The notes below the pieces were generated by a model. That model was given only the letters and a program-made list of their open reading frames with translations. It was not told where the DNA came from and searched no databases. Below, piece after piece: positions 51,813 through 64,000 of a DNA stretch of 64,000 nucleotides. How positions within the stretch are numbered: the stretch's first letter is position 1; each line of letters opens with the position of its first letter. The stretch comes from Iphione sp. A-MEVVRFRX5 (Eukaryota): positions 31,434,001 to 31,498,000 of the forward strand of contig OZ320320.1 of NCBI GenBank assembly GCA_976226885.1, read 5' to 3'. Made by a program: the position numbers and the translations under genes.

Positions 51813-54800
51813 GTGAGCCACTCTCTGACATAGGACACAGAAGTTGGCGAAAAGCATGTGGCGCATGGAGTTGTATTGCCTCTCCCGGTGGTTCTGGGAA
51901 ATATTCAGAGAGTAAGGGGAGAAATGAAATGGAAATTCTCATTGCACCTCACGGTAGATGTTTGAAATGTCGTCTAGGTTGCTCTCCTCTGTGTGTCACG
52001 AGGAGCTTCCTTTTATGGACTGTAGGGTGTCTATATATTTCCATAATGTGGCACGGGGTTTGGTGTTAGTTCTAGGAGGCTTCTAAAATCTGTTCTGAAT
52101 AATTCCCTAGTTTAACGATTTTCACCGCCTTTATTGACTGGCCTTTGCCGATTTTTAATCACGGCCGTCAGAAATACCGTGTCTTTTCATACGATAAGCA
52201 GAACTATGTCTGTTATTTGATGGACTTTAGGGAATTTATGCATATATATGTAAATATATGTACATATGTATGTACAGACATATACAGTTATTCATGATAA
52301 AATATAGGGTCTGAGACAAAGTGCGCCTATATCTTGGAGTGAGTTGGAAGAGATCGTCCCATTCCCGCAGTACAGTTGCATTGCGAATTCTCAACCAGTT
52401 TTCATCAGAACCTTTCGTTCGGCATATTTTTACATATGATGGAAGTACGTTGGTTTCTGACGTGATGGACACTTTACTAGCCGTGAATTATGATGACTTG
52501 CTTCTTGCTAACAACACTTTGGTAAAAAATACAATAGGAGTCGTATGGCAACAATCATACTGCAGTGCAGTACTGTTTGGCTAATCATTCGGCATAAATT
52601 ACGTTCAAAGACGCTATATACAAGCGATGCTCATCTCATAATGATAAATATATGTGTGATTAGTTTGTGCACTTTGTTGGAAAGATTTTATGGATGCCTC
52701 ATCGAAGCTTTCTGCGTGAGGACTTTTCAGATATATTGAAAATTACACACATGAAATAAGCGGTCGGTCATCCTTTGAAAATCCTACTTAAGTTAAACAC
52801 AAATCCAAGCAGGAAATTCAACACTTGCCAAATCGTTCGATACTGATAGTTATTTCCGAAAGAATTTGATGACGTAGTTGCATCAATCTGACGCTAACCA
52901 TAGTGTTAAAACAAAGTTCCTAAGAGATGTCTGGCGAGGAAGTGTTTACCGTGTGCACATGTTCCGGCGACATTGAAATGTTAAGTAGAAGAAATATTTC
53001 AAGTGCCTCTAGCAGATGTCCGTGGCGTCTTCCCATTCATGTTGAAATATGATTCTATTATGATACTTCTTTAATGGTCACATGGTAATGTTAGGCCCAG
53101 CAGCTGCATACTTGTGTAAATCTTGATTAATGCAAATTTGGTTTCACCTCATTTTCATGTTGAATGCCATTCAAGTGCTATTAACATGATAATATTTTTG
53201 CCTTTATAATTCATAGTTCCAAGCATGGATACATTCTAGCTCCTCTGCAAAGAAAAAAAACACGCTCGTGTAATATTTTACACTTCATAGTTCCGTGGAT
53301 TTTTATGAAATTTGGACTTTTCAGAAGAAAAGCTTAATCAAATTTGCTTCAAATTTGATATCATTGAAGAAGCCTGTCACCGGCCAGAGACAAGCATCGA
53401 TGTAGACACCTTTAAGTACTCATATTGTCATGAGGTTTAACGGGAACGGAAGGTATCTTGTGATCTCTATCTTGTCCTGAAAATCCAAACTAATGGGTCT
53501 ATGAAAGCAGTTATCGTATGATCTCGTCAACGAGACGAAGAGAATCTCGTCAGCCGAAAATAATTGTCTTCCAATGATTCAGAATCGTTCTGCCTCAAGC
53601 TCCTTCCAGCCTCTCGTGACAAGCTCTGAAGAGTTACATCAGCTGGCCCTCTTCCCCACCAGTGGGAGCCTCAATCTAATTGATCTTTAAGCCCTACCTC
53701 CAAGTCGGCGGTGTTACCCGGAGAAGGAGCACTTAATGACACTTCGGCCTCATGTGACTCTGTCTCTGCGGAGTCTTTCCGTCCTCTTCATCCTCCTTTT
53801 CGCTTTGCCACTAAAGCTGGCCCTTGAAATTCCATGTAGCCTCTCGCAACAAGCATGATCTGAGTCTCTTGTCTGTCTGTCAGTGCACGTGACATCTGTT
53901 CGGCAGCCTCACTTTCAACAAACGTCATTTGTGCGAGGCCCTAGCTGCAAAACGTTGGAGGTTTTCTGATGGGGAGACATCAAGGGAATTCAGGTCGTAC
54001 AGTGGGGGTCCCAACCGCTTTGGGTTTTTTTCAGTTTTGATAGCACATGATCTAATACACAATGTTTTGCTCTTAGTTTGTTGGGTTTTTCTTTGCTCAC
54101 CACCAAGCGCATGCTGATTGTTTAAAAGCCTCTAATCACTGTGGGAGAGGTAACACCACTGTCTTGTCCTCACGCCTACCCAATAAAAGGTTTTTGCTTC
54201 CTTCCTTCTTTGTCCCTCTCTCCCCACCACCTAACACCACCTAACACCAACTAGGAGGAGCGAAACTCCAGCCTGGACAGAAGAATCTCGGTATGTGCGA
54301 ATACCATAGGACCATCGCTAGACCTTCTTGGCTGCGGCCTCTCTCTATATCTACATACAGGGGCTCACAAGCCCCTGTGCACTTCTAGCCCTCTTTTAGT
54401 TTTAATTTTGAAGCATGTCTTCCGCGGTTGAAGCTGCTATGATCTTCAAGTACGTGTAATCTTAAGTACAGCGAACCCTCAGATGTGCGGGAATCATTCG
54501 TTATCTTCAAATCCGACTTGATTCAAAGGATGACTTCATTTCTGGGAGTAAATTAATTCCGAATTTCTTGTGGTTATGCCGGATATTTTCCTTTAATTCT
54601 TTTGAGCTGTATTAGTATTTGCGTTTATCGACATTAGAGATATATCTTAGTTCCGATCAATTTTTCGATTATTTTTCCTTATCAATTTACAAATTTGTAA
54701 CCGATAACCGAGGATAATAAAGAGAAATTTCCCTTTTCAGAACTGGCTCCCATTAGGCAATTTTCAGTTTGAACAAAAGGGGTGGGAGACTAACGTTGGA

Positions 54801-56462
54801 GGGTAAATAAATATAATTTATGTACAGCCTGTACGTAAATGATTATAGCAGAGCCCTAACCGCCGGAAACCTTCACGGAAATGTCCCTATGGTTATGTAC
54901 CCTTTGTTCTCGCGGGTGAAAAGAGTTTAATTGGATCTGTCAATAGAAAACGTGATGTCCAGAACCCATTTTCGCAAAGTAGTGCACCGGCTGGAAATGT
55001 GAAAAAAAAACCCTCTTCCCCGGATTTTTTTTTGTCACCGGATTCGACCAAAATCTCATTAAAGCATAATGAGTGCCACATCGGGAGAATGATTGCCTGA
55101 ATAATAGCCAGCAGGCACTAATTCCGAGCGGTGATTGTCACCAGGACCGCTTACTTTTCATCCCCGTGACAAAGGGTACGTCCCACCCATGAGGAGACAA
55201 GGGCGCCGCGTTGATTCTTTTCTCTTCTTTTCTGTCGAGCACAGTGAGCCTAGTGGATGCACAGTAGTAGACTAGTTGATTCGCACCAAAGTGATGCTCC
55301 CTGTCGGCGGACCTGACAGTGGTTTTCTGCCCCACTCCCCGTTCTCCCCCCCTCCAACCCTGCTCCCGTTCGACTACCCCGCCACCTAATGGGGACCGCA
55401 TGTTCATGACATCCTACATGTTCTCTAGCCTGCAGAGAGCCCGCGCCTTTTGCCGAGTGCATGCAGTAAAGTCCTTCAAGGCTTCAGTCGGTTGAGAAAA
55501 AAAATATACAAGAATTTTAAAAAAGCGCCCATTCTCGCTCAGGCATCCTGCTCGATGTACATCTTTCGACAGATTGGTCTTTTTCCCCCCATTCTCTTTT
55601 CTTTTACTTCTTATTCTTACTTGCAGAATTAAGTGCATGCGTTTTGTTGCCCTCGTCGTCTTACAAGTGGGGCCGTCCCCGCGAGAAAGTCACAGTTCTG
55701 GTTGTATTTCAGGTGCACAAGCAACTCAATCATCGATGTGCGGAAAGTTGCTGTTAAAGATGATGCACTGTTATAAATTATGTACATTGAAATAACTCGT
55801 ACTGTTTTCGGAGTTAAATACAATATCTATTCACAAGATATACATAACTTGTATTCCATATAAGTTATATGTGTAAATGTTAAGTTAATACATAGTTTCA
55901 TGTTATTTCTTTCATATTGATTTGAATTATCATACGAGGATTGCATTGCATACAAAGTTTTAGATCTCTGATGAGATCCTGAGCTTAAAAGTTGCTGGAA
56001 TACTGGTACAAACCTTAATGAGTTTTATACAATTTTCACCCGTGTTTTTTCATAAGTAGTGGTTGCCAACTTATAGCCTTTCTCACTTTTCATTATACTT
56101 CACCTCATATTCGTGTCTGGAGCTAGAGTAGGTCCTTTTCGTATCAATTAGTGAGCTGCACCTGCATATATGTGTATGCAACCGGTTGTATGGAATTGAA
56201 TCTTTTAATCGGCACTTAACATTTCAATATAAAGTTTGAAAGCGGCTTAAAGAATTCTCTAGCACGCTCTTTGAAATATGCGAAAGCACGATTTTACGAT
56301 GGGATATGTACTTTATAAGAAAGGAACAGGTTTGGGCACTAACGATATTCGTGAATAAACGAGAGAAAGAGGGAGAAGACAGAAAATGGCAAACAAACAG
56401 ACAGAAAGAGAGATAAAAATGTGTAGAAGCAAACACAACGAATAATAAAACAGAGGGAGACC

Positions 56463-56515
56463 GACAGACAGACGACATACAGACAGACAAACAGACAGAC
56501 AGAGACAGACAGACA
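56463..56515. repeat. Degenerate (GACA)n tetranucleotide repeat within a purine-rich tract
   Basis: gacagacagacgacatacagacagacaaacagacagacagagacagacagac. Confidence 0.9.
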
Positions 56516-56862
56516 ATCCAACCGACACAGAACAGATATGGCCCATGTAAAAGGACGGTGAGAGAGAAAGAAGACAGAAGTTAACTGTGATAGTAACACC
56601 AAAATGTCTACACAAAAATAAAGAGACAGATAAGGAAGAGACGATTATTGTAGGATACGCATATCAGATAAATAGACAGACAGAAACAAAGACAAAAAAA
56701 TTGTAACCTAGATCTATAGAGGCCGGGATGAGAAAAGTGCCTGAGTAATGAGATTCACACAGCTCATTAAACGCAGTGTGTGGGCCTTAACAGTTAAATC
56801 ACTCTAATATGCCGTTCGTCTACCATGCTATGGACCTTGTCAACTTTTCCCTGTTTTTACAG

Positions 56863-57015
56863 ACGGAGACAGCACTCATGTTCGATGCTGTCTACCTGTT
56901 TGGGCGTGCCTTGGACGAACTGTCTAGTGCACAAAACATCGTCACCCAGGAGCTGTCCTGCAACAAGGCATTACCCTGGGACCACGGTACCTCGCTACTG
57001 AACTACATGAAGATG
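56863..57015 (+). CDS. GRIK: Kainate-type glutamate receptor, ATD exon E (153 nt, phase 0 to 0)
   Basis: Acceptor ttccctgtttttacag|acg, donor aagatg|gtaaga. Translates TETALMFDAVYLFGRALDELSSAQNIVTQELSCNKALPWDHGTSLLNYMKM, matching T..ALM.DAV, L.C....PW..G......MK, including the conserved ATD disulfide cysteine. Confidence 0.96.
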
Positions 57016-60000
57016 GTAAGACCCCACTCAAACGTAGCTTTACAAAAACCATTACCTGGGAGAAAATCACATCAAACCAAACACGAATATTTTAGTAATG
57101 TTAACATTTCTATGTTGAGACAGGTTTTGTTACAATACTAAATGTCTGTGCTAAAGTCCATGTGACTATTATGTTCGCAGGGAAGAAAACACGTTTACCA
57201 GGTTTAGTTATATCCATGTGAATAAACCGGCCATTATGTAGAGAATATTCCAACAAAGACCACAACTTATAAGACCGCTCGGGCAATGTCCACATAGACA
57301 TTACCTGTACATAGGGAGAGGCAGCAGGAAAAGCTGGCGTCTATCTCTCCTCTTCCACTCCCTAACAGGGCCTGATATCTCTTTCTCATGGCGGGCAATA
57401 TATGGTGGTTCCTGCTAGATGTGCTGTGGCCTTAGATAAAACTTCCTCCCAGAATATACGTGATGTATTAGAAACACAATCGAAATGTATACCTCTGTCG
57501 TCGGCAAATTTATACTTTGTTGCAAAACCAAACAAACCTTGCCAACTTTGTTTTGCTAGTAATACACCTAAGCTTTATGTACATAAATAATACTAGTTGG
57601 AATACATGTACTACTTTTCAATCCTCTTACTTGGATTCGGTCCCGCCAACATCTGCTCAGAAAGATATTCTTTATTTTAGTTATCATATTGATCTATATG
57701 TTGGTCGACATGCGAATGTTTTACTTACTTCTAAGCTAAAGCTTGTCGTAGATGTAACCATGTGCTTTTTTAGAAATGAAATTAAAGTTGTAATTATGAA
57801 AATAATCTGCAAACTAGGCACTGGCATACAGTCAAAACGCACTTAGAAACGAATCCCCGGGGGAGACAAATTCTTCAGAAGGGCAAAATTTTCAAGAACT
57901 AAACCTGTGCAATCATATTAAATAATGAAGCCTTTGAAAAGACCGACCTGAGGAAGAAACCACATATATCCAGTTAAAAAAGTCATTATTTGAAGGTTTC
58001 TACTGAAAGCAGGTCGTTTAAATGTTAAGTATGCCTGCCATATATAATGTTTTCTCACCAGTCTTTGTGAAGAGCACAGGAAGTTACACGTGGTTACGAT
58101 TTTGTAAAGCATATCCCGTATATGTGTGTATGGGCAATTACTATATCGTCACAATGAATTAGATCTATTCCATGTGTATGGTTCTCGTGTCTGGAAGCTG
58201 GAATCCTATGTTGGAAACGAATAATGTTCATAAATTCTCCTGTGTCACAGATGCCAGACACACTAGTGGCATGAAAGTGTAGGTTATTTTCAGGCTTAGG
58301 CCAGAGAAACATTAAAAAACTAATTAATTTGCATATCATTGGCATCGAATATGCCCACCTTCCAGCGATATGCTTCAATTGCCACCAAAAAACCCTCAAC
58401 ATTTCCACAGATATGCTTTAAATTTCCACTCATAAAAACCCATACAAACCAAACACATATCTACATAGATAGAGGAAATGAGAGATTGGAAAAGAGATGG
58501 AAGGACAGCATATACGTAGAGTATTGCCTTCCGTGAGGGTCTGTAAAGAGATGTTAAAACAACATAAATTGCCGCGCAAACCATGTATAGGTTTTTATAA
58601 AATTGTACACATAGAAACCCGGGTTTAGAAGGAGTTAGGTATTGAAGAGGAAAGAAATTAATTGGAAGCCACCTCGTGGCAGCAGCAAGCAAGCTGCCAA
58701 CATGCCTGAAATTCATGGATTCCATCTCCTTGTTGGCAGCAATAACAAGATCATAATCTCTGTGAATTACGGCCATATTTAAAATGCAAAGTTTCATAAT
58801 GTTATTATGCTCGTCCCCTTTAATTCGCGTCACTTTGTTTTCACTGACTCGGGGGTAATCTGATTCACGACAGACGTCTTACCTCACTACACTTTCTCCT
58901 CTTCCCACCTCCTCCACCTCTTCCACCTCCTCCGTATTTTACCGTCACCCTAGCCAGCTTCAATTAAATACAATTAGGGAAACAACCAAGTGTGCACGTA
59001 TTAGGCGATTTGCACTGTACACAAGTATATATGTACTCATCAATGTGAACATACAAACACCCGTAAATAGACGTATTCTAAACACAAGTGCTTGAATATA
59101 TGCATAGGCCAACATGAATACACATTTCCTGGTTTACATGAATGCACATACATAAGCACATCCTGTTGTTAACATAACTACAGACCCGTAATGGAAAAAT
59201 ATGTCCGTGTGCCCACGCAGTTCAAATACATGTACATAGAACTTCGCTAAATATAAATATCTCTACGAGCCTTACTCTATGCACTCAGGTTATCTGTAAG
59301 TACATGGATGAAGTCGAGCGAAAGAGAATCGTCATAGAAACCCCCTCTCTGCGTGCGATACAAGGGTTCAGAGAAGGTCCCCCAAATAGGCACGGACAGA
59401 CGTTGGAAGTGCACGTGGAAATCACGCACATACCATCAAGCACGCAGCAGGCACACACGTCCCGCGCGCTAGCATAAAGACCTGCTCCAAAAAAAGACAC
59501 AAACCATGAACGAGTCTCATTACGATTTTAATCACGCCATGCCGTGCCGTCGTCAGGCTCCGTCTGGTGGCCGTCGTCGTAACAGGGTGGCGTAAAAGTA
59601 TGTGGGACGGGAGACAGAGCAGGGTGGCTGCAAATACCCTCCTCGTTGCATCGGGTACGGAAGGTCCACCTGGGGGTCAGCACCGTCTTTGATGGAGCTC
59701 ACGTTTGGCGGTGGGTGTTTCCAGATCGAATCGGCCTTTGAAGGAGTCAGTGGATCATTAGTAAAGCTTTAATTGGACGTGGTATGTTACTGCGGGAGGG
59801 TTTTTCTTTATCAGAATGGAGGACCTAACGAGCTGACCCAGCGCGCTAATCACATGACTCGCTCTAGGAAAGTGGCCACTTTTACGCCCCGCGCTCTTGA
59901 GGCGGCGAGTGGCGAGCAGGAAGCGGGCTCCAATCATTAGTGGTTGCCTTGCCCCTGTATTTGTCGAGTGGTTTTAAACACTCCTCTGAAGCACATGCAC

Positions 60001-61161
60001 AAACGAACCCATACACTTCACTAAGGTACACATAGACGAACATACACGCATACATGCTCCCAACTAACCAGCTAGAGACAAACTCTCATAAAATACATGA
60101 TGATAACACCTCAACAACATGCCATATATCCCATTCATGCTATGTATGCACATACATACAGAAATTGCGTATATATTTGTGTTTGGCTCAGGTAAAACTA
60201 AATATATGTGTGTATATAGATGCATGTATAGATGCAGCTTTCGCTAATGGAGAAAGTGACTTGAAAAAGTCCAGAAAATGATAAATATATGCATAATTGT
60301 GCACAAATATGCATAACTCAACAAGAAAAGTGGGTAAATGTAGGAAAACAGTGCATTTTAGTGGTGCCTTGTATGCAAGTGTCTTGCTATCTTGGAAATT
60401 ATCTGGCAGTAACTGAAAATGATCACACACATACAAATGCAAACCAGCACACACATGCACATATGCATACATGTAGGTAAGGAACACCCTTCATTGAAAT
60501 CATCATGAAACAAATGCATAGAAACACAGCCTGATGCACATGGACACCAATGCAGGTATGAAAACTGGGCCTTAGATGGACGTCTGACATTGCCTGCATC
60601 AAATTCACTGGCATGAAACCAAAGGTTAGAATAACACGGATTGGAAGCCATGCCTTGTCCTTTAACACAGAATCTCCTCGCTATGCTTATTCATCGTGGC
60701 AGAGAAGTATTTGTATTCCGACCCATGCTTGGGGTTGTGAACGTGTTTGTAATTTTCTTACGCGTATTGTTCTTTAATGCTACTGATTAGGAAGTGGACC
60801 CTCTTTATTAGGTTTACGTGTGGATCAAATCATTTCTTCCTCATGGAAGGAAGAGCGTTTGGAAAAGGTGAACTGATTTATCGGCGCAAAGTACCATTCA
60901 GTAATACCGGCATATGCATATCCTCAAGGCACAATTTAAAATATAAGACTGAATATATTTCATTTCATCTCAGGTTGACACACTCGAATGCACGCACGTA
61001 CAATAAAACCCCTAGAGTATCCCATATATTTTCATACTAGCCCGCGATCTCAGAGGTACGATCTATATGTGTTTGTGTAGCTCGTCAGGGTCAGATTTAC
61101 CTGAGTGGCGTTAACTGATGTTTATAGAGGGAAACACCTGCCATTTGCGCACGCCATGTGA

Positions 61162-61174
61162 CGCCACCTGGTGG
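61162..61174 (-). promoter_or_regulatory. Candidate CTCF binding site
   Basis: Minus strand reads CCACCAGGTGGCG, a full match to the CTCF core CCASYAGRKGGCR. Motif match only. Confidence 0.5.
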
Positions 61175-61803
61175 TGATCCGGGCATTTCATGTCCATCCG
61201 GGTCGATATCCACGCATGTCTACCTGGGAGTCCGAAACCATGCTGACATGGGCCCACCAAAAATACCATGGTACCGCCCTAGAATAGGTGCTAGCAAATG
61301 AGACACCCCTGGGCGTTTATGAGCTGAAAGCTTTGTTGAAACGAATAATCTTCCGGAACCTATGCATAAAACAACCGGGTATCGGTAAGTGTGAGGTTGC
61401 CTTCACGCCTATAACAAATAGTGCCGAATTTACGTGCTACTTGTAGGTTACACCGATAGCATATCGCCTATGATAATAAAGTTACGTTATCCAAGGCCTT
61501 TGGCGTTGAGGCTCTACTTGATCTGTGTGAAGTCTCTTCCTTAAAGGCGCGTTATTCTGTGGTGGTTGGTGAGTAGGGATAGGGAACACCATCGATGACT
61601 GTGACAAGGGAATCAAAACGATTCCTCTTTTTCGCTCCTCCAACCAGGAATCATTTTTTCTAGAAAGATCATCCCCAATTTTCTCTCCCCCCTCTCTCTC
61701 TCTCTCTTGCTCTCTCCCTTTTGTCCCATGTGGAATGTCCAACATAAGCCATGTAAACCATTATTTACCTGGATTGTTCTGACAGAGCTATATGTTGTAT
61801 ACG

Positions 61804-61833
61804 CACACACACACACATATATATATATATATA
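61804..61833. repeat. Compound (CA)7(TA)8 microsatellite
   Basis: Direct reading. Confidence 0.95.
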
Positions 61834-62123
61834 CATATATACAACAGGGTAGGGCTTACTTTGGCCGATGACAACGCCCCCCTCCTGCTTGTAATGGACA
61901 GCTTATTGTATACGGGCTCGAGTGGAAAGGCAAGCCCTTCAAACTCGTCTCCGGACTAATGGGTCTGTCTGGCCACGTGTCCATGTCCACATTTAATAAG
62001 CGCGGCCTCCCCGACCCGCATAGTAATACAGGCCGGCCCCTCGCTTATGACACCATCAACGAGCCCGCTTCCCAGGATTTCCGGGGCGGCCATGAGATTA
62101 ATGTACGTGCAGAGCAGTATGGG

Positions 62124-62127
<4 letters not shown>

Positions 62128-62160
<33 letters not shown>
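62128..62160. repeat. (TG)16 microsatellite
   Basis: Direct reading. Confidence 0.97.
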
Positions 62161-62162
<2 letters not shown>

Positions 62163-64000
62163 TTTGGGGTGGGGTACGACGGTGGATGTTGTGGTGGTGA
62201 GTAGGGATAGGGAAGCTAGGCCTGGACTTCGGATGCGGCGCCCGGTGTGGAGGAGGGGAGGGGGCAGGAGTACGGCCGGTCGAGGGTTTGTTGGGATCTG
62301 TATGATCGTCGGTCGCTGTGGGGCAGGACGGAGAGGATTGGTTTGGTCTGGGGATAGTGAAGCTTGGCTCTGGTTTTGCCGGAGTAGTAGGTACGGGTTG
62401 GGGACTTGGGTGGGGGATGGGTCGGGCACGATGCCATAGGCTGCTGGAGACTGGGGTTTAGGAGAGGTTGAGCCCGCCCGCCCCGGTATCCCGGCCGCCG
62501 GAGGCTGGCCAGCCGCCGTTCATCAAACGGCCTAATGAGTCGGGCTCAAGCACGCACCGAGGCCCTGTTACCCCAGGGGCAGGGACCCGGGGGCCATGGA
62601 TCTTACAGGCTCTTCGTAGATCCCCTTCTGACTGCCTGTCTGCCACACAACACCGGGTCTTCCCGCCTCTTTTTGCCAGTCCCGATGTACTCTACATGCT
62701 ACCCCCGCCTGCGCTTCTGTATCTCTTACCACCCATGTTTTAGACTACTCTTTCTCCATCAATGTCATACATGGTTAAGGTTACAAACACTTTGTTTTTG
62801 AGCCCTTGTCAATATGTAACTGGCATGCAAGGCACCCCTTAACCCCGGGGACTCAATGCATTGTCTATTCCCCTAGTTCAGAATCCTCTCTTCTCCGCCT
62901 ACTCTATAACCTCATCACTATGTATACCCTAGGCAGTCTCTGTCCTTGTCCCTTCATCTCCTAAACAATCCACATGCTTGTCGGTCTGAACCCCCATCGT
63001 TTTCTCGTCGTCATAAATGCATATCCTAGGCAATACCCTTGTTATTTCATAGACTAGATAGTCAATACCTTTGAAATTCTGTGACTTCTATTATTCAACA
63101 TAATGATGTGGTACACTATGCTATGCTGGCCTTTAGAATATAGTATCTTCCTGTACACGTGAATTTATACATCTGGCATAAGATGTTGAATCTGAGCTTA
63201 ACTGGTCCCACATAGTTGGCTATGTGACTCCTGGTTGCTCTCTGAAGTTAGTTGAACTGAATTGAAAATGTTCATTCACTTCTCATAGTGGTTGATAAAT
63301 CAGTACCCCGAGATGTTCCAGTGAAGCAAATTAGTTTCAAGCCAGATATTAAATTGAATTGAATATGTGTATTAATCTTCTCTTGTGTACAGAGATTTTT
63401 AAGATTAATATAAATGAAGCGAAAAAAGTCAATGAGACCGATCACGGTGCATGCAAGCAGTTGAAAAGGATCACAGTATATTCGGTACGTTCACACATCC
63501 TTAGCACACATATAAGTGGAAGCGACCACATTACATTCGTTCACATATCCCTGGCTAGTGTCTGCTGCATAGTTTGAAGTCAGTTCTTACAAGAAGAAAA
63601 TATCTTAAGTTTTGATTTGTGTTTTAAGTCTTGACAAAGAACCAGCACCTGTCACCTTGGCCTAGCCATGCTGCTGCTGCCTAGTTACTAATCTTGGTAC
63701 TAGTCAATATCACACAAATTTCAGATTAACTACAATCATTGACTATCAATTACAATACAGTTTGCCATCATGTAGACCTGATGCCAGTATAAATTGGTAC
63801 TTCAGCATCTGAGGCCAGCATCAATGTCTTGTTATGTATTATAACAACCGTTACCACATAAACACCACCCAATCATGTGGGTTGAGCACAGGAGGATACA
63901 ACTTACTATGATTGAAGTTTTAATACCGGAACAAGAGTGATACAACCAGTTCATACAGTTGACACATTGCATCACATATGACTAGTTTACCTTCAGAAGC

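Noticed and set aside
55963-55978. CTGATGA inside a small hairpin, considered as a hammerhead ribozyme core
   Set aside because: No stem II followed by GAAA and no matching cleavage triplet or stems.
58094-58833. Two overlapping minus-strand ORFs (145 and 104 aa), considered as a decayed transposase
   Set aside because: I recognise no DDE, RT or zinc-finger motif, and ORFs of this length are expected occasionally by chance in 64 kb. tBLASTx against Repbase/Dfam would settle it.
61959-62010. GLSGHVSMSTFNKRGL resembling the next expected GRIK exon (GLTGRITFNKTNGLR)
   Set aside because: It needs a 3-aa insertion, has no polypyrimidine/AG acceptor in phase 0, and the downstream residues do not match before the frame runs into the (TG)n repeat.

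Overview
Eukaryotic, mostly intronic DNA from an invertebrate bilaterian. The style (GC-rich third codon positions, many TACATGTA words, PIF/Harbinger- and pogo-type MITEs) is consistent with a lancelet (Branchiostoma), but the species cannot be proven from this window. The only protein-coding gene I can support is part of a + strand kainate-class ionotropic glutamate receptor (GRIK family). Five consecutive GT-AG exons (40230-40481, 46903-47084, 50594-50647, 51645-51812, 56863-57015; 809 nt) splice in frame and encode most of the amino-terminal (LIVBP-like) domain. I could not find the signal-peptide exon or the first ATD exon in the preceding 40 kb, and the next exon is not in the last 7 kb. 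The rest is non-coding: non-autonomous DNA transposons, microsatellites, G-quadruplex motifs and CpG-rich patches with clustered transcription-factor motifs. The most unusual structures are a Harbinger-type MITE carrying 19 helically phased A/T tracts, a 133-bp nested palindrome with a C-GAA-G loop, and a dense E-box cluster. I found no clear evidence of a new multi-gene system. Almost all ORFs in the six-frame track look like chance ORFs.
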